Source of the DNA: Ministeria vibrans ATCC 50519
Lineage: Eukaryota > Protista > Filasterea
Reading direction: 5' to 3'
NCBI GenBank assembly: GCA_943704425.1
Contig: CALSCP010002497.1
Location: 1 to 64,000, forward strand
Length of the DNA: 64,000 nt
The notes beneath the pieces were generated by a model. It did not search any database, was not told the DNA's origin, and worked only from the letters and a program-made list of their open reading frames with translations. Below are positions 15,481 through 28,927 of this stretch, piece by piece. Numbering within the stretch: the first letter of the stretch is position 1; the number at the start of each line of letters is the position of its first letter. The position numbers were made by a program, and so were the translations under genes.

Positions 15481-18400
15481 CTACTGCCGACTCGTCTTCT
15501 TCGTCTTCTTGACCTCACTTGACGCTGCAGTTGTTGTTTTCGTGGTGTGTGGCGCACCGTGCGACACTGGAGGCCAGGCGGCAGCGAGAGCAGCATGCTG
15601 CGCACGAGGCAGCCAGAGGGACACGGGCTGGAGCAGGAACTTGGGATCCTGCTCGAACTGAGCAAGCAGTGAGGCGCGCGAGTCGATGCGCGCGTCAATG
15701 AGTGTCTGCAGCAGTGCGACAACGCGCTCTTGTGACCAGGGCTTCAACAGGGACGCCGGCTTGCTCGTGTAGTACGATTGGAACTGGGCCATCGCCGGGA
15801 GAATCTTGCCCTCCAGGAAGAAACGTGCAAACCATCGCACACGGTCGGCACTCGCGAGCGGAAAGGGCAATTCGGTGACGGGGAGGTCCCAGGCACGCGA
15901 GCCAAACACTCCCTGGGCATGACACAAAATGAGGTCGCGTGCGGGGTCGTAGCGAGGCGACGGCTGTGGCAGGGGGTCGCTAAAGGTGCACTGTGCCGGC
16001 GTGACGGTCGCGAGCCAACGCGGATCAATGGGCGTGCACCCTTTCATGTAGATGCGCTTGCTACTGACGAGTTCTTCAAAGACGAGAAAGGATGGAGGGC
16101 GGTCGAGGGCCATCACCAGAAAGGAGCACGGGTGAATGTACACGAGCGAGTCGCTCGACAGACACCGGTAGGCAAAGCGAAACAGCGGCGGCTCGTGGCC
16201 ATCGGCAGGGCGCTTCATGCGCGGCTGTTCGGGCTCGAGACGCGCCACGCGATCCGAGTAGCCCCCAAGGAGGATTTGCTGCAGCAGCTTCTGCTGCATC
16301 GCCGAGGCTGGTTTCATCTTGGGATCGAACACGAGATCGCCAACGCCATCCTGGCCGCCCACGCCCATTGTTGCTTGCACAATGCGTGTAAGCTGGGCAC
16401 GCAGCTTGCGCACCTCCGTCACCTGTTTAAAGCGCAATTGGTGCTTCGCACAGAACGATTCGTCGCCATTGGAATACTCAAATGCACCCACGGCACGCAA
16501 CGACGCAAGCACGTCGCCGCCCGCGTCCACCCATGGCTGCAGACCGTACCGCACGCGAGCGGCCGCACGTCGCTTGCGTTCTTCCTCGCGTCGTTTTGCC
16601 CGCACCGCCTCGGCCTCTTCGCGTGCCCCCTGCAGAGCGTCGTCGTCAGCGTCTCGCTTGCGTCGTGCCGCACGACCTTCTCCATCCTCGTCGTCGTCAT
16701 CTCCATTGCCATCTTCATTGTCGTCATCGTCGTCGTCCGCCTCGGCAAGCAACACCTCGGGCTGAAGCACAAACAGCTCGTGCACTGTCATGGCTGCAAC
16801 CATGGCAATGACGTAGGGCATGCACCCGTGCTGGCCACTGACTGCAAGCATCTTCGCAAGGCGTGGTGCCACGGGAAACTTGGACATTACCCGGCCCAGT
16901 GGCGTGATGGTGTGCGAGTCCTTTGTCGCGTCCAGCGCACCCAGCGTGACCAAGAGATTCTCGGCGGCTCGCATTGCTGAAGGGCTCGGCGGAGTGGGAA
17001 ACGGAAAGTTGACGGCATTGTCGATGCCCATCGACTTCATTTGGAGCAACAGGCCGTCAACGGGCGTGCGGAGAATTTCGGGCGGCGAGAACTGCTGAAA
17101 CTCATTGGTGAACACAGCCGAGGAGTACAGACGGTAGCAGTGACCGGGTCCCGTTCGTCCGGCACGTCCCGAGCGCTGATCGGCCGACGCGCGCGACGTC
17201 CACACCACATTGTACGACGAGATGCCCGTGCGCTCCTCGTACACACGCTCCTTGACCAGCCCTGCATCGACCACGTAGCGCACCCCGGGAATGGTCAGTG
17301 ACGTCTCGGCGACATTGGTGGCCACCACACACAGTCGCTGTCCATCGGTGGGTGCCTCAAAGACACGCATCTGCTCGTGTCGTGGCAACATCGCGTAAAG
17401 GGGAAGCACGTGCAGCGGCTGTCCTGCACCACTCTCTCCATCGTCAGCACCACCATCATCCTCATCATCGTCCTCCTCATCCTGTCCATCATCGGATAGT
17501 CCCATTTCCACGTCTTCGTCGTCGTACTCCTCCGTGTCCTCCTCTCCTCCGTCATCATCCTCCCTTTCGCTCTCACCTCCTTCGTCGCCGTAGCGGTTTT
17601 CACTGCAATAATTGTCAACACTGCCTCGTGTGCTTGTCGTTGTCCCCGTGCCGGACGACGTTGATGTCTTTGCGGCAGCGACCACTTTGGTGGCGGCACC
17701 CTTCGCATCGTGTGTCACCACAAATCGATCGAGAAGTCCAACAGCGTTCTTGGACGTCGAAGGCTTCTCGTCTGTTGTGTCGCCTTCCTCAACCATGCTA
17801 TTGTTTGATCCACGATCTTGCCGTTGCTGTCGCTTCAGGAGTGCCTTGGCTGCCTTCTTGCGCATCGCAGCAGCACCCCAGCGCTTTCGCAGGCGGCGAC
17901 ACAACTCGAGCACATCGCCACGACCCGTGACAAAGACAAGAATGCCGCCTTCGGGCAGTCGACGATGGATCTTGCATATTTTGTTGAATACTTCGTTGAC
18001 GTACTCAAAGCGAGCGGGAGTACGTCGACTGAAATGCACCGTAACCGGGTACTGACGGGCGGGCACCGAGTAGATGGGGGGACGGTCGGGCAAAAGAGTG
18101 CGGTTCTCGGTGAAGTCCTGGGTGCGCAGAGTCGCCGACATGATGATGAGCTTGAGCGGCACGGGCGCGTCGCCGGGCACAAGGGGCTCACGAGCACGCA
18201 GGCGCACAATGCGCGAGAGAAGTCCAACGGCAATGTCAGTGTTTACCGAACGCTCGTGGGCTTCGTCGACAATGAGTGCCGAATAGCGACGCAACAGAAA
18301 GTCACTTTCAATTTCGCGCAAGAGCACACCATCGGTCATAAACTTGATGCACGTCTCCGCCGATGTGGTGCGATCGTAACGAATCTGATAGCTCACGTGG

Positions 18401-19398
18401 CTTTCGTCCATGGCAAGTTCCTTGCCAACGCGCTGACTCATGCTCACGGCAGCGACCCGGCGGGGTTCGGTCACACCGATGATCATGCCGTTGGCGGTAA
18501 AGCCACTCTCGTAAAGGAACTGCGGCAGCTGTGTCGTCTTGCCGCTGCCCGTCTCACCACAAATGATCACCACATCGTTGTGTTTCACCATCTCCATGAT
18601 GCCCTGCTCCTCGGCGAGAATCGGAAGCTCAAGACGCGCCGCCTGAATCTCTTGGGGTCGCTTCACGATGACGTAGCGTGCGGGTGCGGACGAAACGGGG
18701 GTGTCGGATGTAGTGGCAAGCTCTACATGGTTGGACACGACCATCGGTTCGGCTGCCGGTTCGGCTGCCTCTGTCACTGCTGTGTCGTCGTCGTCGACCT
18801 CGTCGTCGCTACTGTCCTCCTCGCTGCTCTCTTCCATTGTCTTGTCTTCTACTGCCACGTCTTGCAAGACTTCCTCCTCCTCCTCCTCCTCCTCCTCCTC
18901 TTCTTCTTCTTCTTCTTCTTCCTCCTCCTCCTCCTCCGGTTCTTTGTGCACCACGAGTGATGTGCTCTCTTCGGTGCGAAGGCCGGCACGCACCTCTCGC
19001 AGCTCTCGTCCCAATCGCTGCTTCGCAGTCTCACGGCGTCGACCCATGTTTGCAGAGGAGTGGAGGAGCGCGGTGTGTTCGGCGGGGAGTCGAGCAGACT
19101 CGAGGGCGGCAAGGACACCCGCACGACGATCCACTTTTGCCTTCTTCTCGACGACCTTTTGCAGCTGTTTGCGTCGACGCGAACTCAGACGCTTACTCTG
19201 AAGTCGCTCCATCTCAACCTGTGTGCTGGGGCCGGCGCGGGCGGTCTTCCGCGACGGCAGGGCAAGGGGCACGTTTCCGGCAGCATCGAGCAGGTCGGCG
19301 CTCAGAAGGCGCTCCGTTGCCTCCGCGCACTGCCGCATCCTCTTGTCCCCCGCTTCCTCATCCCGTACCACAGCTGTCGAGCGTCTCTTGCGTCCCAT
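15481..19398 (-). CDS. DHX37: DEAH-box RNA helicase DHX37/Dhr1 (SSU processome), intronless
   Basis: Motifs GETGSGKTTQ, TEPRRVAA, DEAHERS, MSAT, ATNVAETSLTIP and QRSGRAGR; HA2 and OB folds. The N-terminal RRRKQLQKVVEKK and PQEIQAARLELPI segments are typical of Dhr1. Confidence 0.93.
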   Translation of the reverse strand: MGRKRRSTAVVRDEEAGDKRMRQCAEATERLLSADLLDAAGNVPLALPSRKTARAGPSTQVEMERLQSKRLSSRRRKQLQKVVEKKAKVDRRAGVLAALESARLPAEHTALLHSSANMGRRRETAKQRLGRELREVRAGLRTEESTSLVVHKEPEEEEEEEEEEEEEEEEEEEEEEVLQDVAVEDKTMEESSEEDSSDDEVDDDDTAVTEAAEPAAEPMVVSNHVELATTSDTPVSSAPARYVIVKRPQEIQAARLELPILAEEQGIMEMVKHNDVVIICGETGSGKTTQLPQFLYESGFTANGMIIGVTEPRRVAAVSMSQRVGKELAMDESHVSYQIRYDRTTSAETCIKFMTDGVLLREIESDFLLRRYSALIVDEAHERSVNTDIAVGLLSRIVRLRAREPLVPGDAPVPLKLIIMSATLRTQDFTENRTLLPDRPPIYSVPARQYPVTVHFSRRTPARFEYVNEVFNKICKIHRRLPEGGILVFVTGRGDVLELCRRLRKRWGAAAMRKKAAKALLKRQQRQDRGSNNSMVEEGDTTDEKPSTSKNAVGLLDRFVVTHDAKGAATKVVAAAKTSTSSGTGTTTSTRGSVDNYCSENRYGDEGGESEREDDDGGEEDTEEYDDEDVEMGLSDDGQDEEDDDEDDGGADDGESGAGQPLHVLPLYAMLPRHEQMRVFEAPTDGQRLCVVATNVAETSLTIPGVRYVVDAGLVKERVYEERTGISSYNVVWTSRASADQRSGRAGRTGPGHCYRLYSSAVFTNEFQQFSPPEILRTPVDGLLLQMKSMGIDNAVNFPFPTPPSPSAMRAAENLLVTLGALDATKDSHTITPLGRVMSKFPVAPRLAKMLAVSGQHGCMPYVIAMVAAMTVHELFVLQPEVLLAEADDDDDDNEDGNGDDDDEDGEGRAARRKRDADDDALQGAREEAEAVRAKRREEERKRRAAARVRYGLQPWVDAGGDVLASLRAVGAFEYSNGDESFCAKHQLRFKQVTEVRKLRAQLTRIVQATMGVGGQDGVGDLVFDPKMKPASAMQQKLLQQILLGGYSDRVARLEPEQPRMKRPADGHEPPLFRFAYRCLSSDSLVYIHPCSFLVMALDRPPSFLVFEELVSSKRIYMKGCTPIDPRWLATVTPAQCTFSDPLPQPSPRYDPARDLILCHAQGVFGSRAWDLPVTELPFPLASADRVRWFARFFLEGKILPAMAQFQSYYTSKPASLLKPWSQERVVALLQTLIDARIDSRASLLAQFEQDPKFLLQPVSLWLPRAQHAALAAAWPPVSHGAPHTTKTTTAASSEVKKTKKTSRQ

Positions 19399-19539
19399 TG
19401 GTGGCACTCAGAGTTCAACTAACTGTGTGAATGAAGTGAATGATTTTAAGATTTTATTTTTTTTGTAAATGTTCAATCATTTTTATACTCTTCTGGTCTG
19501 TAAACATAGAAAAGTGTAGATACATACTCCAAGGCGACC

Positions 19540-22500
19540 ATGGTCGACATCAAGCCGGAATTCATGGTGTTTCTGGCGGTGTCCATCGCCTGGATTGTCT
19601 ACACCATCTTTTACAACAGTCAGATCGTTGCACTCATCCTCTCCGCCTTTATACGGCGCTTCTTTGTTCCCAAACACGACTACTTTCGTCTCGACTCGGT
19701 CACCATCAACCTGCTCGGTGGCAAAATCCAGTTCCGCGGTCTGCACTACGCCAATCGCGACATGTACTTCCGCGGCGCCACCGGCTACCTTCTCATTCGC
19801 TATTGGGCTGGCCGCTGGAACGAAGACGGCCACGTCAAGCCGTACGACGACGACTGCCGTGTGTCTGTTCGCGTCGACGGAGCAGCCGTAAGTAAACAAA
19901 AAAAAGGGCGTTTGTACAATAAGTTCGCAAACGGTTTTTCTCTGGCCGTCTCGTCTGCTTCTCCACAAACAGCAACAACATATTTTGTCCTCTCTCACCC
20001 ACGCACGCACGCCACTGTCCTCGCAGACACCCACACTCACCTTTGTCCGCGCCCCACACTCTCCCACTTACACCCGCATATATACAGTCACACACAATAT
20101 GTTCACAAATACATACACTCATGGCTGTTTTTGTTTCTGTTCTTTTTATATATTATTAAAATAGATTCATATGTACAACAACGGTGCGAAGTACGACGAA
20201 CTCAAGGTATTGTAACAGGAAAAGAAAAAAAAAACTTACTATTATGATTAAAATATGAAGTATTTTTCACATAATTATAATAATAATTTTATTATTTTCC
20301 TTTTGTAGAACCTCTTGATCCGCCGCGAACAGTCGGCAGGCCATTATGACAACGACGTTGATGATGACGACGACGATGGCGTTACGGCCAGGGTGCCGAT
20401 AGGCTCTGCACGGGCGGGTGCCGCTGGAGTTGTGGAGAAACCGACTCGATCGTGGTTCTTCGATCACTTCCCCACCTTCTTTGTCAACATCTATCGCTTG
20501 ACGCTGGTCGTGGGCAATCCATTTATGAATAGCGTCTTGCAGTGCGAAAGTCGCTATGTCAAAGGCACACTTTCGACAACGGGCACCTGTCGCTCTTTGC
20601 GCGACGTCTACCGCCAGGAGGCTCTCTTGCAAATGGTCAAACCCAAACTGTCGCTCGAGCCCAACAACCATCAATGGCACGCTCTCCTGCGCGATAACAA
20701 CGGCAATCCTGTACTGCGCTCGGGCTACGTCTTTGCCGGTGTTCTCGTTGAAGACTCACGACGAAGTACGGCCGCTTCTGCCACCGCAGCCGCCGCTGCC
20801 AACAGCAACAACAATAGCAGTGTAAACGCGTCGTCGACCGCCTACGAGCCGGGCCAACTGCTTCTTACTCAGCGCATTGATTTGCACTACATCAATGATG
20901 TGCCAGGTCCCGTCACAGCTGGGTCGCTTGCATGCCTCGACAAAGACGATAAGGGGCCCCAGTTTTCCATTGAGATCACCCTTCCCGAATCCGCAAAAAT
21001 TTGTTACGGCCCCCACGAAAATCGTCTCCGTGCGCTTCTTCAGTCCTTCCTTGTGCCCTGGGACTTTAAAGATCACAAGCCCGCCCGGGCGCCGTGCCTC
21101 GGCGACACTCGCACTCCCAGCTCCTTTGATCTCACCGTGACATTTGCCGCCGAGGCAACCCTCGCCGTTGGCTTTGTCAAGCGCGAACAGCTCCTCTGCG
21201 ACCAAGTCAAGCAGCACGCTCAGGCCATTCGCATGCGAAACGCCCAGCAACGACGTGGTCGAAGGAAACGAAGCCCCGACGACCCACGGCGGCAGCACTT
21301 GCGACGGCGCAACCCACTCGACGACGCTGGGAGCGCCGGGGAGTTTCGACGCGTCGATGCGGGCGCGGGCGTCGGTCTTTTTGCGTCGTTTGAGGAGAGC
21401 AACGATCTTGACGAACTTAGCGCCACTTATGGCAGTGTACACTACGATGACGTTGACATTGACGAGCCCATATTTGGCGACGACCGCGATGATGATGATA
21501 ACAACGACGACATGGACTTTGACAGCGACCTGGACGAATCAAACGACAATGGACTCGTGGTCGATCGGGGTGCGTTGGACGAGCGTGACAAGCGCCGGCG
21601 CCGATTTCGTGCCGCACGGCGTGCAATGGCGCGTGGAAAGCCACTCGGCGCTGATGAGCCCGCCTCTTCCGTTGCCGATGCTGCTTCGAGCCGCTCGCAG
21701 AGCAATCTTCAACAACCGGACAGTGAGAGCGATCATGTAGCCGACGACAACCGCTACGATGACGACGAGGATGGCGATGAGGACGATGAGGACGACGAAA
21801 GCGCCGACGATGTGTTTGGCCTACTGGCGCCTAACGATGGTGCCTACCAGACGCTTAGGTGCACACTGGGCGCTGGTTCACGCATTGACTACTCCCTCCC
21901 TCTTGTTGTCGGTGCCGACGGCTACACGCCCACCGTTGTCATGGTTGCCCAACCTTTCACGGTGGTCACCGACCTTGCCTACCCTCACCTCATCCAGTGT
22001 CGCTCTTTTGAAGTGGCCGCCTACCTCTCGACGCCCCTCCAGTGGAACGGCTCGCGTGTCTGGGTCTTTGACTTTACCATGCTTCACCCGGACATACACT
22101 ACCTCAAGTGCCAGGTGGAGTTTCTGCAGACCCTCATGCGTGACTGGACCATTGGTCCTGCAACTCCCATCGATCGCTTCGTCCCCATTCGCTACGAAAT
22201 GCGCATCAAATTTGCCGACTATCGTGTTCTCTTTTGCACCAACGAAGGCAACATTGTCGAGTCGACGTTGTTTGCCGACAACAGCTACGTGGCCGTGTCA
22301 GGGCGCATTCTTGAGCTTGCCATTGTGCTCGACTTCACCATGTTCAATCAGTCCTTCAGCGACACAAGCGTCCTCGTCACGGCCGCCGACCTTCGCATGG
22401 GTCTGCAGCTCGCCGCCTCCAGCACCATCCGACGCCACCTCGACGATCTTAACCGACCCTACATCACCGTGGGCGTGTTTGAGGCTATTATCGAGTACCA

Positions 22501-25500
22501 CGCCAACACTACCGTCGCCGACGGCAATCTTGACACACTCTCCGTCTCGCTTCATCTGTCGCGCACCCACTGGCGCTTCTTTGGCCACTTTTTGCGTCAT
22601 TTACTTTTGCTGCGCGACAACTACTTTGGCGACCACCAAATGATCAAGTCGAAGCGTGCCTTTGAGGCATCCCGACGCGATAGAATGGTGCCGCGCACGC
22701 GCACCAACGCCTTTGAATTGACTGTCGTTGCACAAGTGGATCACATTCTGCTCACACTCCCACACCATCTTTATCAGCTCGATGACGACTGTCCCATAGT
22801 CACATGCCCCGAGCTCGTTGTCGACATTCGCTCGCTACCCGCCTACATGGACATCCAACTGAATACAGCGCCCATCACCGCAGTCGTGCCGGTTGTTGGC
22901 ACCGTCTTTCCCTCGCATCCCACTGCCATTCCGGCCGCGTCGCCCGTCACTACACCAATCTCGACACCGACACTATCGCGTGCTCCACCCTCGTCGCCCG
23001 TCATGGACGCTCGCTTTGAGCCTTCCCGCTCCCGCGTCGCTGCAGCTGGGGGTGTGTCCAATGCTCCACCCTCGTCGCCTCTGACGCCCGACGACCATCA
23101 CGTGTCGCAGCAGATCCCGGTGCCACCGCCGCCTCGTCTCGACTCGCCTGTCGACCTGTTCTACGCGCGAGCGCGCCAGTTGCGTAGCAAGGCCGGCTCG
23201 GGTCACCTAGTGCTGGATGCTGGTTGTTTTCGTGTGCGCAAGTACTACGGTCCCTGGTCGCCAATCGCATCGGGTCCCTACTCCAATGACTACACCCTTG
23301 CGCTGGGTGCTCTCTTTGGCGAAGTCTCACCCACCCACCTGCGTGTAATCCTTGATCATGTGGTCAATTTTGACTACAGCCTCGACGCCAAAAATGATCG
23401 TGTCTTTATTGGCTCGCTCGCGCGCATTCCCTCTGACGAGTTTGTGCGCACTGCCGTGCACGTCGATGTGCCACTCATTGAGCTGGCCGTCGTCGACAAG
23501 TCCACGGCCATTCTGGCTCAGCTACCGGACGGATTGCATTTTCACTATGACGGTGTGTTCCGTGCGGGTCGCATTGCACGCAAACAACTGCGTATTCCGT
23601 CTGTCGTTGTGCACCATCTCATTGATCATGAGAAGACCGCCACTGCTATTTTGAAGCGTGCACGAGGGCGTGTACAGGGCGAAAAGTTGCCTCGCGTCTC
23701 ATCGTCATCGTCCGAGCCCTCGACACTCAACAATGCCAAGTGTACGTGGGTCGAAGTGGGCGCACTTTCGCTTGATGTCCTTCTCACGAGCGACGTGCGT
23801 GTTGACGACTGGCGTGACCGCAAGATCAAGCAGCGACAGTTCCTCCGCGAGAATGACGCCGAGCTTCGCCAACTGCAATTCCTGTGGGTTCACAAGGAGC
23901 CGACCAACAGACGTGTGGGTGCATCGGTCTCGGCAGCCTTTATGCCGCGTGTAAGCTCTACCAGACCTGGCGCACATCCGTCGCAGTCTCAGCCACGCAT
24001 CAATCCCGCCGTCGCCAATGCCCGCAAAGGCTACAGCGTCAACTCTTTTCTCATGCCCCATCTCCCTGAGGACGCCACCGACACAACGGACAGCGGCACT
24101 GTTGAACATCAGCAACGACAGCAAGAGCAGCAATATTCACAGCAAACGTTGCGCTCGCATCAGCAGTACACGACGGACGCACTCTCAAGTGAGGGCGGCG
24201 GCAGTGCAAACTCTCCCACGATGACGCGACGCACTCCTCGTTTGCCTAGCGAACCTCACTCAGCCTTTGCACACACAGGCACTTTGCGTGCTCCCTTATC
24301 GCGCAGTCGTCGCACCCGTGCCACAAACCCGCAGTCACGTGCATCCGTTATTCTTTTGCCCGATCAAGCAGATTACGGTCTTAGCTCTTTAGGTGGTAGT
24401 GGTGATGGTGACGATGGCAGCGCAACGGTGACGACTGCACGCGACTCTATGTCGGTTGCTTCGCCCATCACCGATCGTGCCACATCAAGGTTCTTGCATG
24501 ATGACGAGCCTGACGACGCGAGGGAGACCGCCCCAACGCTGCCTGTGGCTCTCGAGCGAGTCCCGCGTCCGCGTCTCAAAACGCTATCAACTGCCGACAG
24601 TCGTGGCGGTGCTCATGATTCTCTGATTCTGCCCGAACCCGACCTGATTCGCTTTATGATTCAACAGCACGCCGATGCGGCCAAGGCAAGTGGTACCTCC
24701 TCAGCGAGCCCACCTGCCACTCGATCCATTCACCGCATGGCTAACGCTCCGCCGCGTCCTGGTATACTGCCACAAACAGTTGAGCGTCAGACGGAAAGGG
24801 CAAGGGATCATGGCGAGATGGAGTCTGCACACAGTGAGTCGCGTGGCGATGACGCGCGCCGAACACCCTCATACCATTCTCCTTCGACCTCCTCGAAAGT
24901 ATCGTCAGCGTCAACTCCACCTCCGTCCCACCTCACGCGACAGGAGAGCACCTACGTGGACGCAGTGGATGACACACTCGTTGAGTATGACGACGACTTT
25001 GACGATGTGCCCGACGAAGACGACGACGAAGCCGACACAGCGTCGTTTTACTCAGCGCGCTCCTCCCTACCGTCCGTGGGTTCTTCGTCGCACTCGCGTG
25101 CCTCACTTCGTGCACGACGCACCATTCAAGACCACTTTGAAGTGGGTCTCTCACAAGTGCGCCGCGCCACCTCCATTGCTGGCTCACAATCCATCTCCCT
25201 CAGCAGTGTGTCGATCAGCAGTAGCGATGGCCCGGGCCACAGTGGGGACGATGACCTGTCGTCAGGCTTGTCCAGTAGTTTTGATGACGATGACGACGAT
25301 GACGAGCTGGAGGACGAAGAGGAGGACGAGGATGAGGAGGAAGAGGAAGACGACGATGAGGACGACAACGACGACGATGCTACCGGGGTTGACGGGCGAC
25401 GACATCGCCGTCGTCGTCCTCATCGTCAACTCGGGGAAGATCTCAAGACTATCCACCTCTCGAGCGATCTCTTCTTTGAGGACAACCTTTCGGTGTCGAT

Positions 25501-28500
25501 CAGCAGCGATTCGTCAGACAACGAATACGATTTTGACGACGATTTCGACGACGATGACGACGACGATGATGAAGACGACGACGATCATTTTGACGATGGT
25601 GCTCATGGCCATGGTCAAACCTTGCCAACTTCCTCTTCTATGACGTCTGCGACTTCAAGGCCACAATCCACGTCGGACACAACCACAACTGTGGTGGCGA
25701 CAACGGCTGTGGGAGCGACACCTTTGACGACCCTCGCACCTTCTTCTCTTGCCCCCAGTGGCACGTCTGGCTCTGTCATTGTTCCCGACCCTGTCGCTGA
25801 TTCTGCGATCCCAGGCAACTTGGCCTCTAGCGCCACCTCGGCTGTTGTCACCAGTGACCCCATCGCCAATGGTGCTCATCACCAAGTCGATGAGAAGCAT
25901 CCTCGTCGGCACAAGAAGATGAAGAAGACGAAGCGACCGCACGCGCGCATGTTCCATGATCGTGACCTGCTTGTCAGTGGTGTTTTTGGTGCGTCTGACT
26001 CAAACAAGGAGGCGCTCACCACGGACGCCGGCCCTGATTTTTCCGATGGCGCTGCCTACCTGACAGACAGTCGTCAAGTGACCGCCTCGTCTGCAGCACA
26101 GTCGGACGTGTTGAACGGAACCAATGGCAAGGCGGCGCGCGACGAGCGCAAGAGGAAGAAGAAGAGGAGGAAGCAACAAAAGAAGCTGCGCGAAACTCGC
26201 AAGACCTCGCAGGACGACGGTCTTGGCGATATCAAGTCTCGGTCGAAGCGTCGCCACAAACACCATCACAAGCGTCGCCAATCACCCGCGCCCGCCACAC
26301 TGCCTGGCTCGTCCAATGCTGGATTCACCTCGATCAACGGCAACGCTCCGCTTGATTACTCCATGTCTCCGCTGACTGTCGCGTCGGGCGCCGCCCCATC
26401 CTCACAGGACGTTGCTTCGCCCCTTTACGCGGGAGCGGCCGCTGGAGCGACTGGAACCGGCTCGCCCTTGACCACCTCAGGTGGCGCTGGTGGTGGTACA
26501 GCCATCGGTGGTGGCGCAATGGGGGCTGGGGGAAGTCAGTCTGCGGCAGCTGCTGCCGCCACTGCTGCCGCCAGCGCATACATGGCCAACATGGTGGGCT
26601 CGTCGCTCGGAGGCGAGTGGCAACCACACGCGAATAAGCGTGTGAACAGTGTTTCGGAACTCTATCACTCCGTTTTGTCCGCCTATCGTCTGCCCCTCTG
26701 GACGCCAACCAACGAGTATGGCGGTCTCAACTCGGCGCGTGGCGAGTGTGTTGTCGAGGGAGTTCGACCGTGCGTTAATGTTCATGCAGGCCCTGTGTAC
26801 GAGATGCGCTCCCTTAGCGCCACCTACGAAAAACGAAACCAAGACAAGGAACACGCGTCGGCAGCAACAGCGACGTCGTCAACGGCGCCCAAGTCGTCCG
26901 CTCCCGGTGCCTCTAGTTCGGGTGGGGGCAGTCGTAACACCGGCAAGGGCACGGCACGACCTGGGGTTTCGACGAGCGCAGGAGGCAAACTGCATGCGTC
27001 GGGCAAAAACGACATGCGATCAGGCCTGTCGGCATTTGCCAAGCATCGCATGGGAGTCGATGGTGTGGGTCTGTCCTCCGACGAGAAGCCCCTCAATCGT
27101 GATCCGTACACCTTTACCGACGTGCGCACCAAGTCGTATGTGGACGTGTTCCTGACGCCTATGTCGGTGGAGGCCTTGAGCATTCTGGTGGAGTCGTTGG
27201 AAGAGCAAATGATCTTTACGAGCGCCTCTCTTCTCGACGACATGGAGCGTGCATACGACAAGACCATTCGCGAACCGGGTGCCATGCCACTGAAGCGTAA
27301 GCGCTATGGCATGTCATTGCCAGGCGTGCAACTTATGTTGTTGGCACACGGTGGTGCCCCGAAGAACCCGTCAACGACAGCCAAGAGCGCCGCACGCCTC
27401 TCTGCACGACGTTCTGGGGCAAGTGCTCTACAGCGCGAGGGTCTCTATGTGGTGTCGGTGTTTCTTGGCGACACAGGTCTTGGTGCAGAGAGGGTTACGT
27501 CGATGCCGGCGCCCTCAGCCGACGAGCTTCCATTTCGTGCGCTCGAACGAGGCGTCGAGGGCAGCGGGTTTCTTTCGGTGGATCGACTGTTGACACGTCT
27601 CATGTGGCTTGGAGACACGCGTCGTACCAGCACCGTTGCGTCTGACAAATCGACATCAGCAACAGGTGGAGGAGGAGGGAGCGTGGGCAACTCAAATCAC
27701 GAACCGGCGTTCAATGCTCATCGCGATGGAGGCATCAACAGTGCACGGTTGTGGACGCGCGGGTTCGACACGGGAGCACACGCTGCGGTCCTCGCCGACA
27801 TGGGAGTTTGCGCGATGCGTGGCACGGTGCAGCAAACTGCGGTGTCCGCAGACTCGGCAGCCGCATACGCGGGTGTCAGCGAAAGCGAGGCGACGAGTGG
27901 TGGAGATGTGGACATGGTTGTAGGCGACGCGCGTGTCTACGACATGTGGCTGGTATGCTCGCATGCCTCTGTCAGCGGCATTGAGTCGTTCATTGGGACG
28001 TGGTACAGCCACGTTCATCGGCTGAGCAGCGCTGCAGCAACCCTTCAGGGTCGTGTGGGTCTTGAGCGACGCAAGAATATGTCGTCACTCGCGCGCACCT
28101 CGCAAGTACTGCCCCGCCGACAGGCCGAGAAGATGTCCGCGAATGAATCGCTGTTGAACGGCCGGCCTCGTTTTCGTGTCGCTTCCGATGTCTCTTGGCG
28201 TCTTTTGCAACATTTGCGTGATTGTCTCGGCGAAATGTCGCATCAGCGTCGACTGGCAGGTCACTCGGTACACAAGGAAGCGCTGCGACGCTTGCTTACA
28301 TCGGCGAGTTCGCGCAAGGCCGAAGAAGCACAACAATTTGGTGCGGTGGCTTTGCTCCTGAAGCCCTGGTGTCAGCGCAACAAGGACAGTTTGGGGATGC
28401 ATGCGCGCTCTTTGATTCTCCCCGAGTTTGGCGTAGCTCGTGACCTGGTGTTTCTGTCGGGTGCGACACCGTTCAACACGAGCGAGGCACATGTGCAAGG

Positions 28501-28833
28501 ACGCACGCAGACCAAATCAGGCTCTGTATCGCTTGGACGCTTTCGTCTGCGTCTCTACGAATGGAGCGACTGCGCTTTGCCGGCTGCCCTTGCCACGGCT
28601 CCTCGCAACGAACTTATCTTTGGCAATGTGCTTGCCGAGGCGCGTGTGCAGCGTTCAGGCGAGCGACGTACGGACGAGGGACGCGGGCACGGCGTTGTCT
28701 TTGTCTCCAAGCAGCGTCTCACCACGGTAGTGCGTGTCACCGAATGTCGTGTCTCTCTCAGTCCTGGCATTTTGCAGTTTGCCGACAAGATTCAAACACT
28801 GTAAGAAGACAAGAGGGCGAGCTAACTATTATC

Positions 28834-28927
<94 letters not shown>

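Noticed and set aside
15778-18960. Long antisense ORFs (400 and 380 aa) opposite DHX37, and many similar ones opposite BLTP1
   Set aside because: Expected shadow frames of GC-rich coding sequence, with no recognisable motifs.
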